From assembly GCA_963677895.2 (NCBI GenBank), contig CAXXGJ010000018.1, positions 224,001 through 288,000 of the forward strand: DNA of 64,000 bases. Direction: 5' to 3'. This document shows, piece after piece, positions 9,261 through 19,201 of the stretch. Position numbers and translations under genes: made by a program. Source of the stretch: Treponemataceae bacterium. Lineage in GTDB: Bacteria; Spirochaetota; Spirochaetia; Treponematales; Rectinemataceae. The first letter of the stretch is position 1. Each line of letters opens with the position of its first letter. A model generated the notes under the pieces. That model ran no database searches. It worked only from the letters and a program-made list of their open reading frames with translations, and was not told where the DNA came from.

Positions 9261-10193
9261 ATGAAGAGAGTATTGCTATCGGTTCTGGCATTGGCGATCA
9301 TCGTCGGGTCGGGATTCGCGCAAGGGACGAAGGTTTTGAAAAAAATCATTCTCTCGAACGCGTACTATTCGGCACCCTATTGCGCCGCGTTCAACCCTTC
9401 CGCGATCGCGAAAGCCAAGGAACTCGGGTATGAGCTGCAGATCCTCGATGGTGAAGGGAATCAGCAGAAGCAGCTGGAGCACGCGCGTCTGGCGATCGCC
9501 GAAGCGGCCGGATTTGTCTACTTCCCCGCCGATGTCGCGGGATCTCTGCCCATAGTGGAAGCTTTGGCCAAAGCAAAACTTCCCTACGTAATCGTGAACA
9601 ACTACACGCTCGATGCATTGAAGGCAAACAACGTTCCATGTTATGTGGGGACCAACGTCAAGCAGCACGGCCACAATATGGCGACCTTGATCAAGCAGCT
9701 GCTGCCCAAGGGCGTCGGAAACCTGGTGGCCATCGAGGGAACGGCGGGGCATGCCCAGACCATCGCTTTCAACGAAGCATTCGCCGAAGATTTCGCGGGC
9801 ACGCAGATCAAGTTCCTGGACAAGCAGCCCGCCGATTTCGACGCGGACAAGGCGCTGAACAAGATGAACGATTTTCTCACCAAGTACGGCAACAAAATCG
9901 ATGTCATCGTCTCCCATGACGGCGGAATGCTTGCGGGCATCATCGCGTCGCTTCGCGCCGCGGGCAAGCTCGGAAAGATCCCCATTGTCTGCGCGGGATC
10001 CAACAAGATAATCTATACCGCCATCAAGGCCGGCAATGTCTATGGAACTTCTACCCAGGACCCGGGAGTGGAAGGCGCTCTCGCCGTATCGACGTTGATC
10101 GATATCATCAACGGTAAGAAGCCGCCGCAGTGGGTGGAGCTGCCGATCAAGCCGGCGACGAAAGAAACGATCGACAACTTCAATTGGTTCTGA
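9261..10193 (+). CDS. Sugar ABC transporter substrate-binding protein (RbsB-like)
   Basis: Signal peptide, periplasmic binding protein type I pattern (IEGTAG, QDP..EG). Confidence 0.9.
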   Translation: MKRVLLSVLALAIIVGSGFAQGTKVLKKIILSNAYYSAPYCAAFNPSAIAKAKELGYELQILDGEGNQQKQLEHARLAIAEAAGFVYFPADVAGSLPIVEALAKAKLPYVIVNNYTLDALKANNVPCYVGTNVKQHGHNMATLIKQLLPKGVGNLVAIEGTAGHAQTIAFNEAFAEDFAGTQIKFLDKQPADFDADKALNKMNDFLTKYGNKIDVIVSHDGGMLAGIIASLRAAGKLGKIPIVCAGSNKIIYTAIKAGNVYGTSTQDPGVEGALAVSTLIDIINGKKPPQWVELPIKPATKETIDNFNWF

Positions 10194-10322
10194 GCATAGA
10201 CTGAAAAGAGTTTTTATTGAATCGGAGGGAGGGTGCATGTACGTATCCTTCTTCCCTGTTTTCAGCAATAGGCGATTTTAAGCCATACGCCAAATAGCAA
10301 AATCGATGAAGGGGAAGCAGCG

Positions 10323-11810
10323 GTGAATAGGCATATTCTGGAAATGCAAAACATCACGAAGACGTTCCCTGGCGTGAAGGCGCTGGACAGAGTATCCTTT
10401 TCGGTTATGCCAGGCGAAGTTCACGCGTTGGTAGGGGAAAACGGGGCGGGGAAATCGACGCTCATGAAGATTCTGAACGGGGTGCTCGAGCCCGATTCCG
10501 GCACGATTCTCGTCGATGGCGCGCAAGTAGCCTTCAAACAGACCAAACAGGCGCAGGCTTGCGGTATCAGCTTGATCTACCAAGAATTCAACCTCGTCAA
10601 TACGTTGAGCGTCGCCGAAAATATCTATCTTGGATTTTTGCGGACCGGAAAAACCGGAATGGTGGACTGGAAAAATGTCCGCCAGGAAGCGTCCAACTTG
10701 ATCAAACATCTGGGATTCGATTTCAACGTAAAGGAAAAGGTCCAGAATCTCAGCGTCGCGGAGAAGCAGCTCGTGGAAATCGCGAAAGCTCTATCCGTGA
10801 ATGCGCGTATTATCGCTATGGATGAGCCCACTTCATCGCTCACGAAAAATGAAATCGAAAAACTGTTCGCGATCATCAGGAATCTCAAAGCGAGCGGAAT
10901 CACGGTCATCTATATTTCCCACAAACTCGATGAGATTTTTGCCATATGCGATAGCGTTACGGTGCTGCGCGATGGGCACATCATAGATACAAAGCCGATA
11001 CGCGAGACAAACAGCGCTGAGATCATTTCGAAGATGGTCGGCAGGCCGGTGGAGATGAGTTATCCCAAGCGCTCATCCGCCGTTCGGCCTGAGGTGACGC
11101 TTGAGGCTCGGGATCTCGCCTGCGCCGGTTTTGTCCAGAATATTTCCTTTTCGTTACACAGGGGCGAGATTCTGGGCATAGCAGGTCTCGTGGGTTCGGG
11201 CCGGACGGAACTCGTGGAAGCCATATTCGGGGCGCGCCGTCTTCACGCGGGTGAAGTGTTCGTCCATGGAAAAAAAGCGAAGATCAGGAACACTTCCGAC
11301 GGCAAGAGTTATTCCATCGGTCTCGTGACGGAGGACCGCAAGGAAACCGGACTCGCGCTGAACTACAGTCTCACCGACAATATCGTCATCACGAATCTCC
11401 GGAGAGTAGTCAAGAACCTGCTCGTCAGCAAGAAGCTCACGCAGCTTAGCGTAAGCCGCTACATCGACGAATTGGGCATAAAGACGCCTTCCGCCAAACA
11501 AGCGGTAATGAATCTTTCCGGCGGAAATCAGCAGAAAGCCGTACTGGCGAAATGGTTGTTTTCAGATGTGGAAATACTCATTATGGACGAGCCCACTCGC
11601 GGTATCGATGTAGGCGCAAAATATGAAATCTATCTGCTGATGAATTCACTGGTCGAGCAGGGGAAATCGATCATAATGATTTCTTCGGAGCTTCCCGAGG
11701 TGATCGGAATGAGCGACAGGATCCTCGTGATCAACGAGGGCAGAAAAAAAGGCGAACTGCATGGCGCCCAGATGACTCCCGAAGCCGTTATGAGCATGGC
11801 GCTACAATGA
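10323..11810 (+). CDS. Sugar ABC transporter ATP-binding protein (RbsA/MglA-like)
   Basis: GENGAGKST, MDEPT, EDRK, LSGGNQQK and DEPTRGIDVGAK motifs. Confidence 0.96.
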   Translation: MNRHILEMQNITKTFPGVKALDRVSFSVMPGEVHALVGENGAGKSTLMKILNGVLEPDSGTILVDGAQVAFKQTKQAQACGISLIYQEFNLVNTLSVAENIYLGFLRTGKTGMVDWKNVRQEASNLIKHLGFDFNVKEKVQNLSVAEKQLVEIAKALSVNARIIAMDEPTSSLTKNEIEKLFAIIRNLKASGITVIYISHKLDEIFAICDSVTVLRDGHIIDTKPIRETNSAEIISKMVGRPVEMSYPKRSSAVRPEVTLEARDLACAGFVQNISFSLHRGEILGIAGLVGSGRTELVEAIFGARRLHAGEVFVHGKKAKIRNTSDGKSYSIGLVTEDRKETGLALNYSLTDNIVITNLRRVVKNLLVSKKLTQLSVSRYIDELGIKTPSAKQAVMNLSGGNQQKAVLAKWLFSDVEILIMDEPTRGIDVGAKYEIYLLMNSLVEQGKSIIMISSELPEVIGMSDRILVINEGRKKGELHGAQMTPEAVMSMALQ

Positions 11811-11829
11811 GATATTGAGGAAAACAACG

Positions 11830-12834
11830 ATGTCAAAAAGACTTGAAATTCGATATCTCAGAAATAAATTCGTCAAGGTTCTTAAAAGCCAGGGAGTCCT
11901 GATCGGGCTCGTGCTCATCATTATAATCGCGTCGATCACAGAACGCTCTTTTATGACCGCTAGCAACATTCTCAACATTCTGCGGCAGGCTTCCGCGATT
12001 GGGATCCTGTCGCTTGGGGTAACTTTCGTCATGATGACCGGCGGCATGGATTTGTCGGTAGGCGCGATCGTATCCCTCTGTTCCCTGGTAGCCGTGAGCA
12101 TAATGAACGGATACGGTCAGACCGATGGGGCCGATGGCGTCGCGTTGATAGCGATCCTTGCGGTCATGGTGCTCGGCTTCCTGATAGGCATGGCCAATGG
12201 ATCGCTCATCGTTCTGTTCGATGGCAGGCTCGGGGAGACGTTCATCATCACCTATGGGATGCAGATAGTCATCGCCTCGCTGGCGCTTTTATATACGGGC
12301 GGGCAATTCATAGCGGGCACCTTCGGAACGGGGCTTTACCAAAAAGTGAGCGAGGGATTCACCCCCATTATCTGTTTTCTCGCTTTGGCCGCGATAATGC
12401 ATGTGATCCTGGCCTATACGCGTTTCGGAAAACAAATGAGCTTCATCGGCGCCAATATCGACTGCGCCCGCATGTCCGGCATAAAAGTGGGGAAGCTGAG
12501 AATGATTACCTATGGGATCGGAGGCATGTGCGCCGGTCTCGCTTCAATAATCGTGACATCGCGAGTCTATTCCGCGTCTCCATTACAGGGGAGCGGGTAT
12601 GAGCTCGACGCCATAGCCGCGGTCGTCGTAGGCGGAACCAGCCAGACGGGCGGAACGGGCGGAATAATAAACACGATTCTGGGAGTGCTTGTGCTCAGTG
12701 TGCTGAGTAACGCGCTCAACGTTATCGGCGTGAACGCCAACGCCCAGCTTCTCGTCCGCGGCGCGATAATCATTGTCGCGGTAGGGCTCGATATGCTGAA
12801 CAAAAATTCCGCGACGAGGGAGTCGGCTACATGA
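11830..12834 (+). CDS. Sugar ABC transporter permease
   Basis: GGMDLSVG and GYELDAIAAVVVGGTS motifs; multi-TM. Confidence 0.94.
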   Translation: MSKRLEIRYLRNKFVKVLKSQGVLIGLVLIIIIASITERSFMTASNILNILRQASAIGILSLGVTFVMMTGGMDLSVGAIVSLCSLVAVSIMNGYGQTDGADGVALIAILAVMVLGFLIGMANGSLIVLFDGRLGETFIITYGMQIVIASLALLYTGGQFIAGTFGTGLYQKVSEGFTPIICFLALAAIMHVILAYTRFGKQMSFIGANIDCARMSGIKVGKLRMITYGIGGMCAGLASIIVTSRVYSASPLQGSGYELDAIAAVVVGGTSQTGGTGGIINTILGVLVLSVLSNALNVIGVNANAQLLVRGAIIIVAVGLDMLNKNSATRESAT

Positions 12835-13799
12835 AGAAAAATTCGACGATCAAGGCACGCCCTCTTGAAATAGTCCTGGATCAGACGGTTCTGTTCCTTT
12901 TATTCGGCTTCGTTATCTTTATGGCCTTCGTCAAGCCGTCGTTCCTCGCGTGGTGGAATATACAGAGCATCCTGATAGATGTATCCATTTACGGCGTCGT
13001 CGCATGCGGAATGACCATTCTGATCATTGGCGGGGATTTTGACTTAAGCGCGTCATCGCAATACATGTGGGCGCAGATATTGTTCGTCACGCTGCTCAAC
13101 GCCACGAATAATCCTTTCATCTCCATCGCGCTGACGCTTTTGTCCGGCTGCATCCTGGGGACGATAAACGGCTTGATCATCACTCGGTTCCACATCAACT
13201 CATTCATCACAACCTTGGGCACGATGACTATGATACGGGGGCTATGTCTCGTATTCACGAATGGCAAGATGGTGAGTACGCTGAATCCTTTCATAAAGAG
13301 ATTGGGTTCGGCTGAATTCCTGGGCTTGTCTTCCCTGTTCTACATCTATCTGTCCGTCCTGATAATCATCTCGCTCATGCTGGCCTACACGAACTTCGGG
13401 AGGAGATTCTATTCGACCGGGGGGAATTTGGAAGTGGCGCGTCTCGCTGGCATAAATACCGCGTTTCAGAAGACCGCCGGTTTCTCCATCATGGGAATCC
13501 TATGCAGCATCGGCGGCATCATGCTCGTGGCTCAGCTTCGCGCGGGCTCGACGCAGTACGGAACGGATTTGGCGCTTACCTGCGTGGCGGCCACCGTCAT
13601 CGGGGGGACGCAACTTTCCGGCGGAGCGGGCAGCGCCCTGCGCACAGCGCTTGGAATGCTTGTCATTGTGGTTCTGTACAAGGCACTAATATATCTGGGG
13701 CTACAGGCGTACTACCAGAATCTGGTGAAGGGCCTTGTGCTCATCCTGGTCGTGATGTTCGATCTGTTCATGACAAGACGCCGCGCGATCAGGCACTAG
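12831..13799 (+). CDS. Sugar ABC transporter permease
   Basis: GDFDLS, FITTLGT, GGNLEVARLAGI and AATVIGGT motifs; ATGA overlap with upstream gene. Confidence 0.94.
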   Translation: MKKNSTIKARPLEIVLDQTVLFLLFGFVIFMAFVKPSFLAWWNIQSILIDVSIYGVVACGMTILIIGGDFDLSASSQYMWAQILFVTLLNATNNPFISIALTLLSGCILGTINGLIITRFHINSFITTLGTMTMIRGLCLVFTNGKMVSTLNPFIKRLGSAEFLGLSSLFYIYLSVLIIISLMLAYTNFGRRFYSTGGNLEVARLAGINTAFQKTAGFSIMGILCSIGGIMLVAQLRAGSTQYGTDLALTCVAATVIGGTQLSGGAGSALRTALGMLVIVVLYKALIYLGLQAYYQNLVKGLVLILVVMFDLFMTRRRAIRH

Positions 13800-13808
13800 G
13801 AACGGCAT

Positions 13809-15290
13809 ATGAAAATCGTCGTAGGTTCCCTGCAGCAGGAATCAAACACCTTGACCTCGAGGATGAGCGACCGGGAAGATTTCACCATATATAGAGGCGA
13901 TATGATGCTGTCGCACATCGCCGTGACGGACTACTTTTCCTCCCGGGGAGCCGATCTTGTCCCGACCCTCTACGCCAACGCGGTGCCCGGAGGATGGCTT
14001 CGGGAAGCGGATTTTCGCGAGCTCGCCGATGAAATGCTCTCTATGATTCCGGAAGCCGGCATAGATGGCATATGGCTGTATCTTCACGGCGCCATGGAAG
14101 TGGAGAATATCGGAAGCGGCGAGGCGGCCCTCCTGCGGATGATCCGTGGAAAAATCGGGTTCGGAACGCCGATTGCGCTCGCCCTTGATTTTCACGCCAA
14201 CAACACCTTTGAGTTGATGAAGTTAGTGAATACCGTCTCCGGCTATCGTACCGCCCCGCACCGTGATATGAGAGAAACCGAGCTGAGGGCGGCGGAGCTG
14301 CTGATGCGCTGCATTGAAAAACGTATCCTGCCCGAACCGCAAATGGCCAGGACCGATGTCGTGGTCCCCGGCGACTGCGTGCTGACCGATGAATATCCCT
14401 TGCGTAAAATCATGGAGACCGCGGCGGATCTGGAAAAAATTCCTGGAATGCTGGCATGTAACGTGTTCAATGGCCAGCCATGGGTAGATGCGCCGAACAT
14501 GGGGCCATCGATGGTCTGCATACATGAGCGGGATGCGGATATAGCCAAATCCGCGGCGGAGAAGTTGGCACGGATGTTTTACGATTCGCGCCGCGACTTC
14601 AAGTTTTCCATCGAAGCGCGCGAGCCCGGGGAGGCCCTCGATCTGGCTTTCGCGCAACGCGTGCGGCCCGTTTTCGTCACGGACAGCGGCGACAACACGA
14701 CGGCTGGCTCATCAGGCGACAATGCGTATTTGCTCGCCTTGGCCAAGGAAAAGAGCATGAAAGGGGTGCTACTCGGGGGGCTGACGGATGAGCCCGCCTT
14801 AAAACGTTGCGGAAAGGCGAAGGTCGGCGATCTTCTTGAGCTTGACCTAGGCGGAACTATCGAAGCGACAAGCGCGAGGGTCCACGTCAGCGCGCAACTT
14901 CTCTACAAGGGCGATATCGAGGGATGGTACGGCGAAAACGCGGGTCCATGCGCCGTGCTGCGCTCCGGCGGCATCGACATAATCGTGACGGCAAAACGTT
15001 GCGCGCTCACGAAGCCGAGAATTTTCGAAGGCCTCAACCTGAGGCTCGAAGCGTATAGATTCGTCATAGTCAAACTGGGATACCTATACCCCGAGCTTGC
15101 GAAGGTGGCGAAGGTAACGATTCTCGCCTTCACGAAAGGCGGAAGCACGGAGCGATTGCAGGATATGGGAATGACGCGCATTCGCAGGCCGATGTTCCCA
15201 TTGGATGACGATTTCTTGCCCGAATTAAACTCGACCAATGGCGTCGTCTGCGCTACCACAGGCAGCGACCTTTCATCGGCAATAGATTGA
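13809..15290 (+). CDS. MlrC-like M81 family metallo-hydrolase
   Basis: QESNT, LHGAM, LDFHAN, YRTAPHRD, DSGDN and IVKLGY motifs. Confidence 0.9.
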   Translation: MKIVVGSLQQESNTLTSRMSDREDFTIYRGDMMLSHIAVTDYFSSRGADLVPTLYANAVPGGWLREADFRELADEMLSMIPEAGIDGIWLYLHGAMEVENIGSGEAALLRMIRGKIGFGTPIALALDFHANNTFELMKLVNTVSGYRTAPHRDMRETELRAAELLMRCIEKRILPEPQMARTDVVVPGDCVLTDEYPLRKIMETAADLEKIPGMLACNVFNGQPWVDAPNMGPSMVCIHERDADIAKSAAEKLARMFYDSRRDFKFSIEAREPGEALDLAFAQRVRPVFVTDSGDNTTAGSSGDNAYLLALAKEKSMKGVLLGGLTDEPALKRCGKAKVGDLLELDLGGTIEATSARVHVSAQLLYKGDIEGWYGENAGPCAVLRSGGIDIIVTAKRCALTKPRIFEGLNLRLEAYRFVIVKLGYLYPELAKVAKVTILAFTKGGSTERLQDMGMTRIRRPMFPLDDDFLPELNSTNGVVCATTGSDLSSAID

Positions 15291-15313
15291 ATTCGAACAC
15301 CGAGGGCGACTAG

Positions 15314-16318
15314 ATGAAGAAACGCGGATTGGGCCGGACTGGACTAGAGGTGAGCGAATTGTCCCTCGGCGCCGCGTTCGTGGCCCAGAGCGGCAATGGC
15401 TTCGCCGGCGCCGAGAGGATCATACACGAATCGCTGAACGCTGGGATAAATCTTCTGGACACATCGGCCGACTATGGCGACAGCGAACCTGCCGTCGGAG
15501 AGGCGCTCCGGCGCGAAACCAGGCCGGTCATCCTTTCGACGAAGTTGGGTCCCCGGACTAAGGCGTTTGATCCAAAGGATTCACGGGACCTGCGCGATTG
15601 CGTGAAGCGCAGCCTCGACGCTCTCCATCGGGCTACGATCGATATTCTCATGATCCATGAGCCCGATAGACCCGGCGAGATAGACTGGTGGGCCGATCTG
15701 CGCGCCTTTTCAGGTCCAGTCGTCGATATCCTCCTGGAGCTGAAAGCGGAGGGGAAGATAAGGTTTTTAGGTTTGGGGGGAACGACAGCCTATGAAATAG
15801 TACCCATAATCGCCACGGGCCTGTTTGATGTCGTCCTCACCGCGTTCAACTACAGCATGCTCTGGAGAGAGGCCGAGATCGAGCTCATTCCCGAAGCAAA
15901 ACATCAGGGCATGGGGATATTGCTCGGTTCTCCGACCCAGCAGGGGTGGCTCTCGCGCCGCTACGACTCGCAGGTGGCGTCTTCCAATTCGCGATGGCTG
16001 AACAAGCCTCGCCGCGACCAGCTCAAGCTGCTCTATCGGCTCGTCGACGAGACGGAGATACCCTTGCCCGAACTGGCGCTTCGCTGGGCGTTGATGAACC
16101 CCGACGCGGCGAGCGTTCTGACCGGCCCGAGAACGGTCGACCAGCTGAGGCAAAACCTGAAAGCCTGCCAGGATGGTCCCCTGTCATCCGATATAGTCTC
16201 CCGCATCGATGAGGTTGCCGCCCTCGTACCCTTCCGGCCTTATGAGGAGCCGGCTTACTGTCCTTTCAGAAACGCGCAATTCGATATGCTCAAACGTCCC
16301 GGGCCTGTGGTCTATTGA
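15314..16318 (+). CDS. Aldo/keto reductase
   Basis: LGRTGLEVSEL, DTSADYG.SE, STK and IDILMIHEP motifs. Confidence 0.92.
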   Translation: MKKRGLGRTGLEVSELSLGAAFVAQSGNGFAGAERIIHESLNAGINLLDTSADYGDSEPAVGEALRRETRPVILSTKLGPRTKAFDPKDSRDLRDCVKRSLDALHRATIDILMIHEPDRPGEIDWWADLRAFSGPVVDILLELKAEGKIRFLGLGGTTAYEIVPIIATGLFDVVLTAFNYSMLWREAEIELIPEAKHQGMGILLGSPTQQGWLSRRYDSQVASSNSRWLNKPRRDQLKLLYRLVDETEIPLPELALRWALMNPDAASVLTGPRTVDQLRQNLKACQDGPLSSDIVSRIDEVAALVPFRPYEEPAYCPFRNAQFDMLKRPGPVVY

Positions 16319-16336
16319 TCCGCTTATGAGGGCAAA

Positions 16337-16579
16337 ATGCCGTTCTACATCACTCCACTCCCCATTCAGAAGATCAAGATCACGGTAACGGACATCCTGG
16401 AAATAATGCAGGCGAAACTACGCTATCCCAATCTTATAGATGACATTCTTCCCTGCAACAGGAAAGACTTCGATTTGGTGAAGGAAATGTTATTGGATAT
16501 CAACCCTGTTAGCCAAACCGTCGTGAAAAGCTATATGTGCCAATATTTCGAAATAAACCGTATAATTTACAATATATGA
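16337..16579 (+). CDS. Small AT-rich ORF of unknown function, possibly a gene remnant
   Basis: 80 codons with GAGGG upstream; no recognisable motif; atypical codon usage. Confidence 0.3.
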   Translation: MPFYITPLPIQKIKITVTDILEIMQAKLRYPNLIDDILPCNRKDFDLVKEMLLDINPVSQTVVKSYMCQYFEINRIIYNI

Positions 16580-16662
16580 CACCCGGAAAGCCCATATGAA
16601 GCGACCATCAATTCAAGGATCGAGGTGCTGGGCTTATTATGGCTAGAAAACGAGGAGCTCTC

Positions 16663-17685
16663 ATGATTTGCACTCTGAATCCTTCCATGTTCTCGGAAAA
16701 AGAACATGAGTTTTTAAAGTCTTCATCTTATGCGGCGAGCTTGTTCCGTTTTCGGTCGGGCGTGGAAGCTGTCCGTATCCGATCTGGACGAGGCGAGTTC
16801 GTGTGGCTTCCTTATCTAGGGCAGCAGATCTGGGATTGGAGCGTCGATGGGAAAAGCCAGAAGTTCGAAGGTTTTGTGGCAGAACCCTCTTATGGCAAGA
16901 ATTTTCTCCAGAATTATGGCGGATTCCTGATTCATTGCGGGATGACGGCGATGGGCAATCCTAGCAACGCAGATTCTCATCTGCACCATGGAGAGCTGCC
17001 AGTATCTAAGTTCGATGAAGCGTGGATCGAAGTGGCAAACGACGATGGACGAGAGGTGTTGTCCCTTGGCGGTCGCATTCATTGGCATGTTCCCTTTATC
17101 GCCGAGTATCGCTGCGTTCCAAGCCTGCGCATTTCACCCGATGGGTTGTCGCTGCACGCTGAAGTGCGCCTTGAAAACCCGACGTCCAACGTCATGGATT
17201 ACATGTATCTGGCGCATATCAACTTTTTATTCTCCGGCGCCAAAGAGCTGCTTTCAACAACGCCTTTCGATCAGGCGCATGTAGGCATCAGGAATGAGAT
17301 ATTCCCCGGTCTGTCCGCGAATCCCGGCTTGCTGAAGCGAATAGATCAAGCAGCCAACTATGAACCGGAGTTGGTGGCCATAATGGACGATGGAGATAGA
17401 GAAAAGGACTCAGCCGGGTCAATTATGATCTACGCAGACGGCACCTGCCGCTGGGTGTGCCAGGGAACCTCCGGGCTCGATCATCATGTGCTGTGGATTA
17501 CCCATAACTCGGACCGCGGCGCTTGCGGATTCCAACTTCCTTCGACGGCCGGCTCTACTGGATTCGAGAACGAAAAAGCCATGGGTAATATCAAGCATCT
17601 GATGCCCGGCAGCGGCATCACCCTGCGGTACGCCTGCGGATTCTGCGACAGGCTGGAAGACGCGCATATCGAGGGTGCAAGGTAA
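16663..17685 (+). CDS. DUF4432 / aldose 1-epimerase-like protein
   Basis: LPYLGQQIW, FLIHCG...MGNP...D.H.HHGEL, YMYLAHINF and LPSTA motifs; GAGGAG RBS before 16663. Confidence 0.8.
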   Translation: MICTLNPSMFSEKEHEFLKSSSYAASLFRFRSGVEAVRIRSGRGEFVWLPYLGQQIWDWSVDGKSQKFEGFVAEPSYGKNFLQNYGGFLIHCGMTAMGNPSNADSHLHHGELPVSKFDEAWIEVANDDGREVLSLGGRIHWHVPFIAEYRCVPSLRISPDGLSLHAEVRLENPTSNVMDYMYLAHINFLFSGAKELLSTTPFDQAHVGIRNEIFPGLSANPGLLKRIDQAANYEPELVAIMDDGDREKDSAGSIMIYADGTCRWVCQGTSGLDHHVLWITHNSDRGACGFQLPSTAGSTGFENEKAMGNIKHLMPGSGITLRYACGFCDRLEDAHIEGAR

Positions 17686-17714
17686 ATCTTCACGCCGTGT
17701 GAGAAGAAGGAATA

Positions 17715-17984
17715 ATGAAGGACGATATGGGGAAAACGCAATGGGTCTAGCCTGACCTCAAGTTTCTGCCGTCGGGGGATTCTCCGTTGAAAAGAAATGA
17801 ATTGCTCATTGTTCTCAACATGAATGACACCCATGCTTCGAAAATCCTTTGTATATATTTTACCGATAAGGAACCCATCACACTCGCCCCCGTGAAAGTT
17901 ATAGCTCGCCGAGTCCGTTGTTTCAGGCTCGATACGCGCCAGCAAAATATAGCTTTTTATACCGTCTTGGGATACAGTGGCTGA
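17715..17984 (+). pseudogene. Degraded second ASRT-family gene (in-frame TAG, C-terminally truncated)
   Basis: ATG 17715 reads MKDDMGKTQWV*PD...NELLIVLNMND..A...IYFTDKEP...V.ARRVRCFRLD, colinear with 8805..9170; TAG at 17748-17750. Confidence 0.75.
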
Positions 17985-18005
17985 AAAGCCGCTTTTGTAT
18001 CTCTC

Positions 18006-18521
18006 TCATATCTTAAAGATCAAACCAATGCTCCCGAAGCCGCTTCCCCCGGCATTCACGTTGAAAAACCGCGCGTAGATAACGGAAGAATAGATCGCGA
18101 TATTGGGATTGAAGAAGTAGGATATCCCTCCGCCGTTGCCTATCCCGATGTTGAAGGCGGGATTGAAGCCGAATCCCAGACCCAAGCCATAATAAAAGTC
18201 GAATTTCTTGAGCCAGTAAGGGAGGTCGGCGATGAACCCGAGCCCGAAGTGGGCGGTGGCGAGACCGACGAGCGTGAAGTTGGTTCCGTAGATGAAACCA
18301 ACGCCGCCCCTGGCCGCGAGACCGAAGGTGATCGGGACGGAATCCGCGAGGTCGACGCGCGCGAACACGTATTCGACGCTTCCTCCGATGCCATAGTCCC
18401 ATCCGAAGTTGAAGCCGACAGCGACCGCCACGTCGCCTTTGTCCATATTGACGGGAATCTGGGCAGATACGGCGCCGCCGATCAGAATCGCGAGCACGAG
18501 AACAACGATCATTTTTTTCAT
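18006..18521 (-). CDS. Small outer-membrane beta-barrel protein
   Basis: Signal peptide (AVSA/Q), Gly/aromatic-rich alternating strands, C-terminal IGLIFKI; AGGAGG RBS. Confidence 0.75.
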   Translation of the reverse strand: MKKMIVVLVLAILIGGAVSAQIPVNMDKGDVAVAVGFNFGWDYGIGGSVEYVFARVDLADSVPITFGLAARGGVGFIYGTNFTLVGLATAHFGLGFIADLPYWLKKFDFYYGLGLGFGFNPAFNIGIGNGGGISYFFNPNIAIYSSVIYARFFNVNAGGSGFGSIGLIFKI

Positions 18522-18671
18522 TATCGCCTCCTTAGCGGAATTCTCTATATAGTATTGAAAATACGGCTAAAGCGCGGGATTATCTGTTCGGCAGCGCACA
18601 TACGCGATACTCGGGAATTGGCTGGCTATATATTCGCATCGGCATTAAAATTCCGGCATAAGGAGCCAGAC

Positions 18672-19193
18672 ATGAAAGATTGCCTTATCGCTATGGCCAA
18701 ATACAACAGGCAGGCCAATCAGGCCATGTGCGGGATCATGAAGAGCGCGGACAGGGAAAAGATCGCGAAGGACTGCGGGACTTTTTACCATACGGCGATC
18801 GCCGCGTTGGGGCATATCGCGTCGGCCGAGGCTATTTGGTTCAAGCGGTTCGCCACTTTCGGCGCTTACGCATCGCTGGAGAACAGCAAGACAATCGCTC
18901 CGGAAATGGACGCCATAAGAGCCAGGCTCGCCGGCAATGTCGATGAGTCATCCGCGCTGTTGGATGAGTTGGATGCTTTGCTCATCGATTATATCGAAGA
19001 ACTGGGCGACGAAGAGCTGATGAAGACTGTCCGATACAAGAACATGAAAGGCGATGTGTTCGAAAAGCCGAATTATCAGACTATTCTCCATGTCCTGACC
19101 CACAGCGTTCACCATCGCGGAGAGATTTCGGCCATGCTCGATATCCAGGGTATCAAGAACGACTACTCCGGTTTTATCGCCTATACATACTGA
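18672..19193 (+). CDS. DinB/YfiT family protein
   Basis: YN..AN, HI..AE..W and H...HSVHHRGE motifs; AAGGAG RBS before ATG 18672. Confidence 0.9.
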   Translation: MKDCLIAMAKYNRQANQAMCGIMKSADREKIAKDCGTFYHTAIAALGHIASAEAIWFKRFATFGAYASLENSKTIAPEMDAIRARLAGNVDESSALLDELDALLIDYIEELGDEELMKTVRYKNMKGDVFEKPNYQTILHVLTHSVHHRGEISAMLDIQGIKNDYSGFIAYTY

Positions 19194-19201
19194 ATCGGCG
19201 G

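Noticed and set aside
13809..15290. Microcystin degradation locus
   Set aside because: MlrC/M81 is a broad family; no mlrA, mlrB or mlrD-like neighbours.
17748..17750. TAG as pyrrolysine or programmed read-through
   Set aside because: The ORF is also truncated and diverged, no pyl genes are seen, and TAG serves as a normal stop elsewhere in the window.
18249..18671. N-terminal extension of DinB; similar extensions at 46212, 52924, 26681, 32974, 42358 and 23727
   Set aside because: They overlap neighbouring genes or promoters; downstream starts have an RBS or translational coupling and match the family N-termini.
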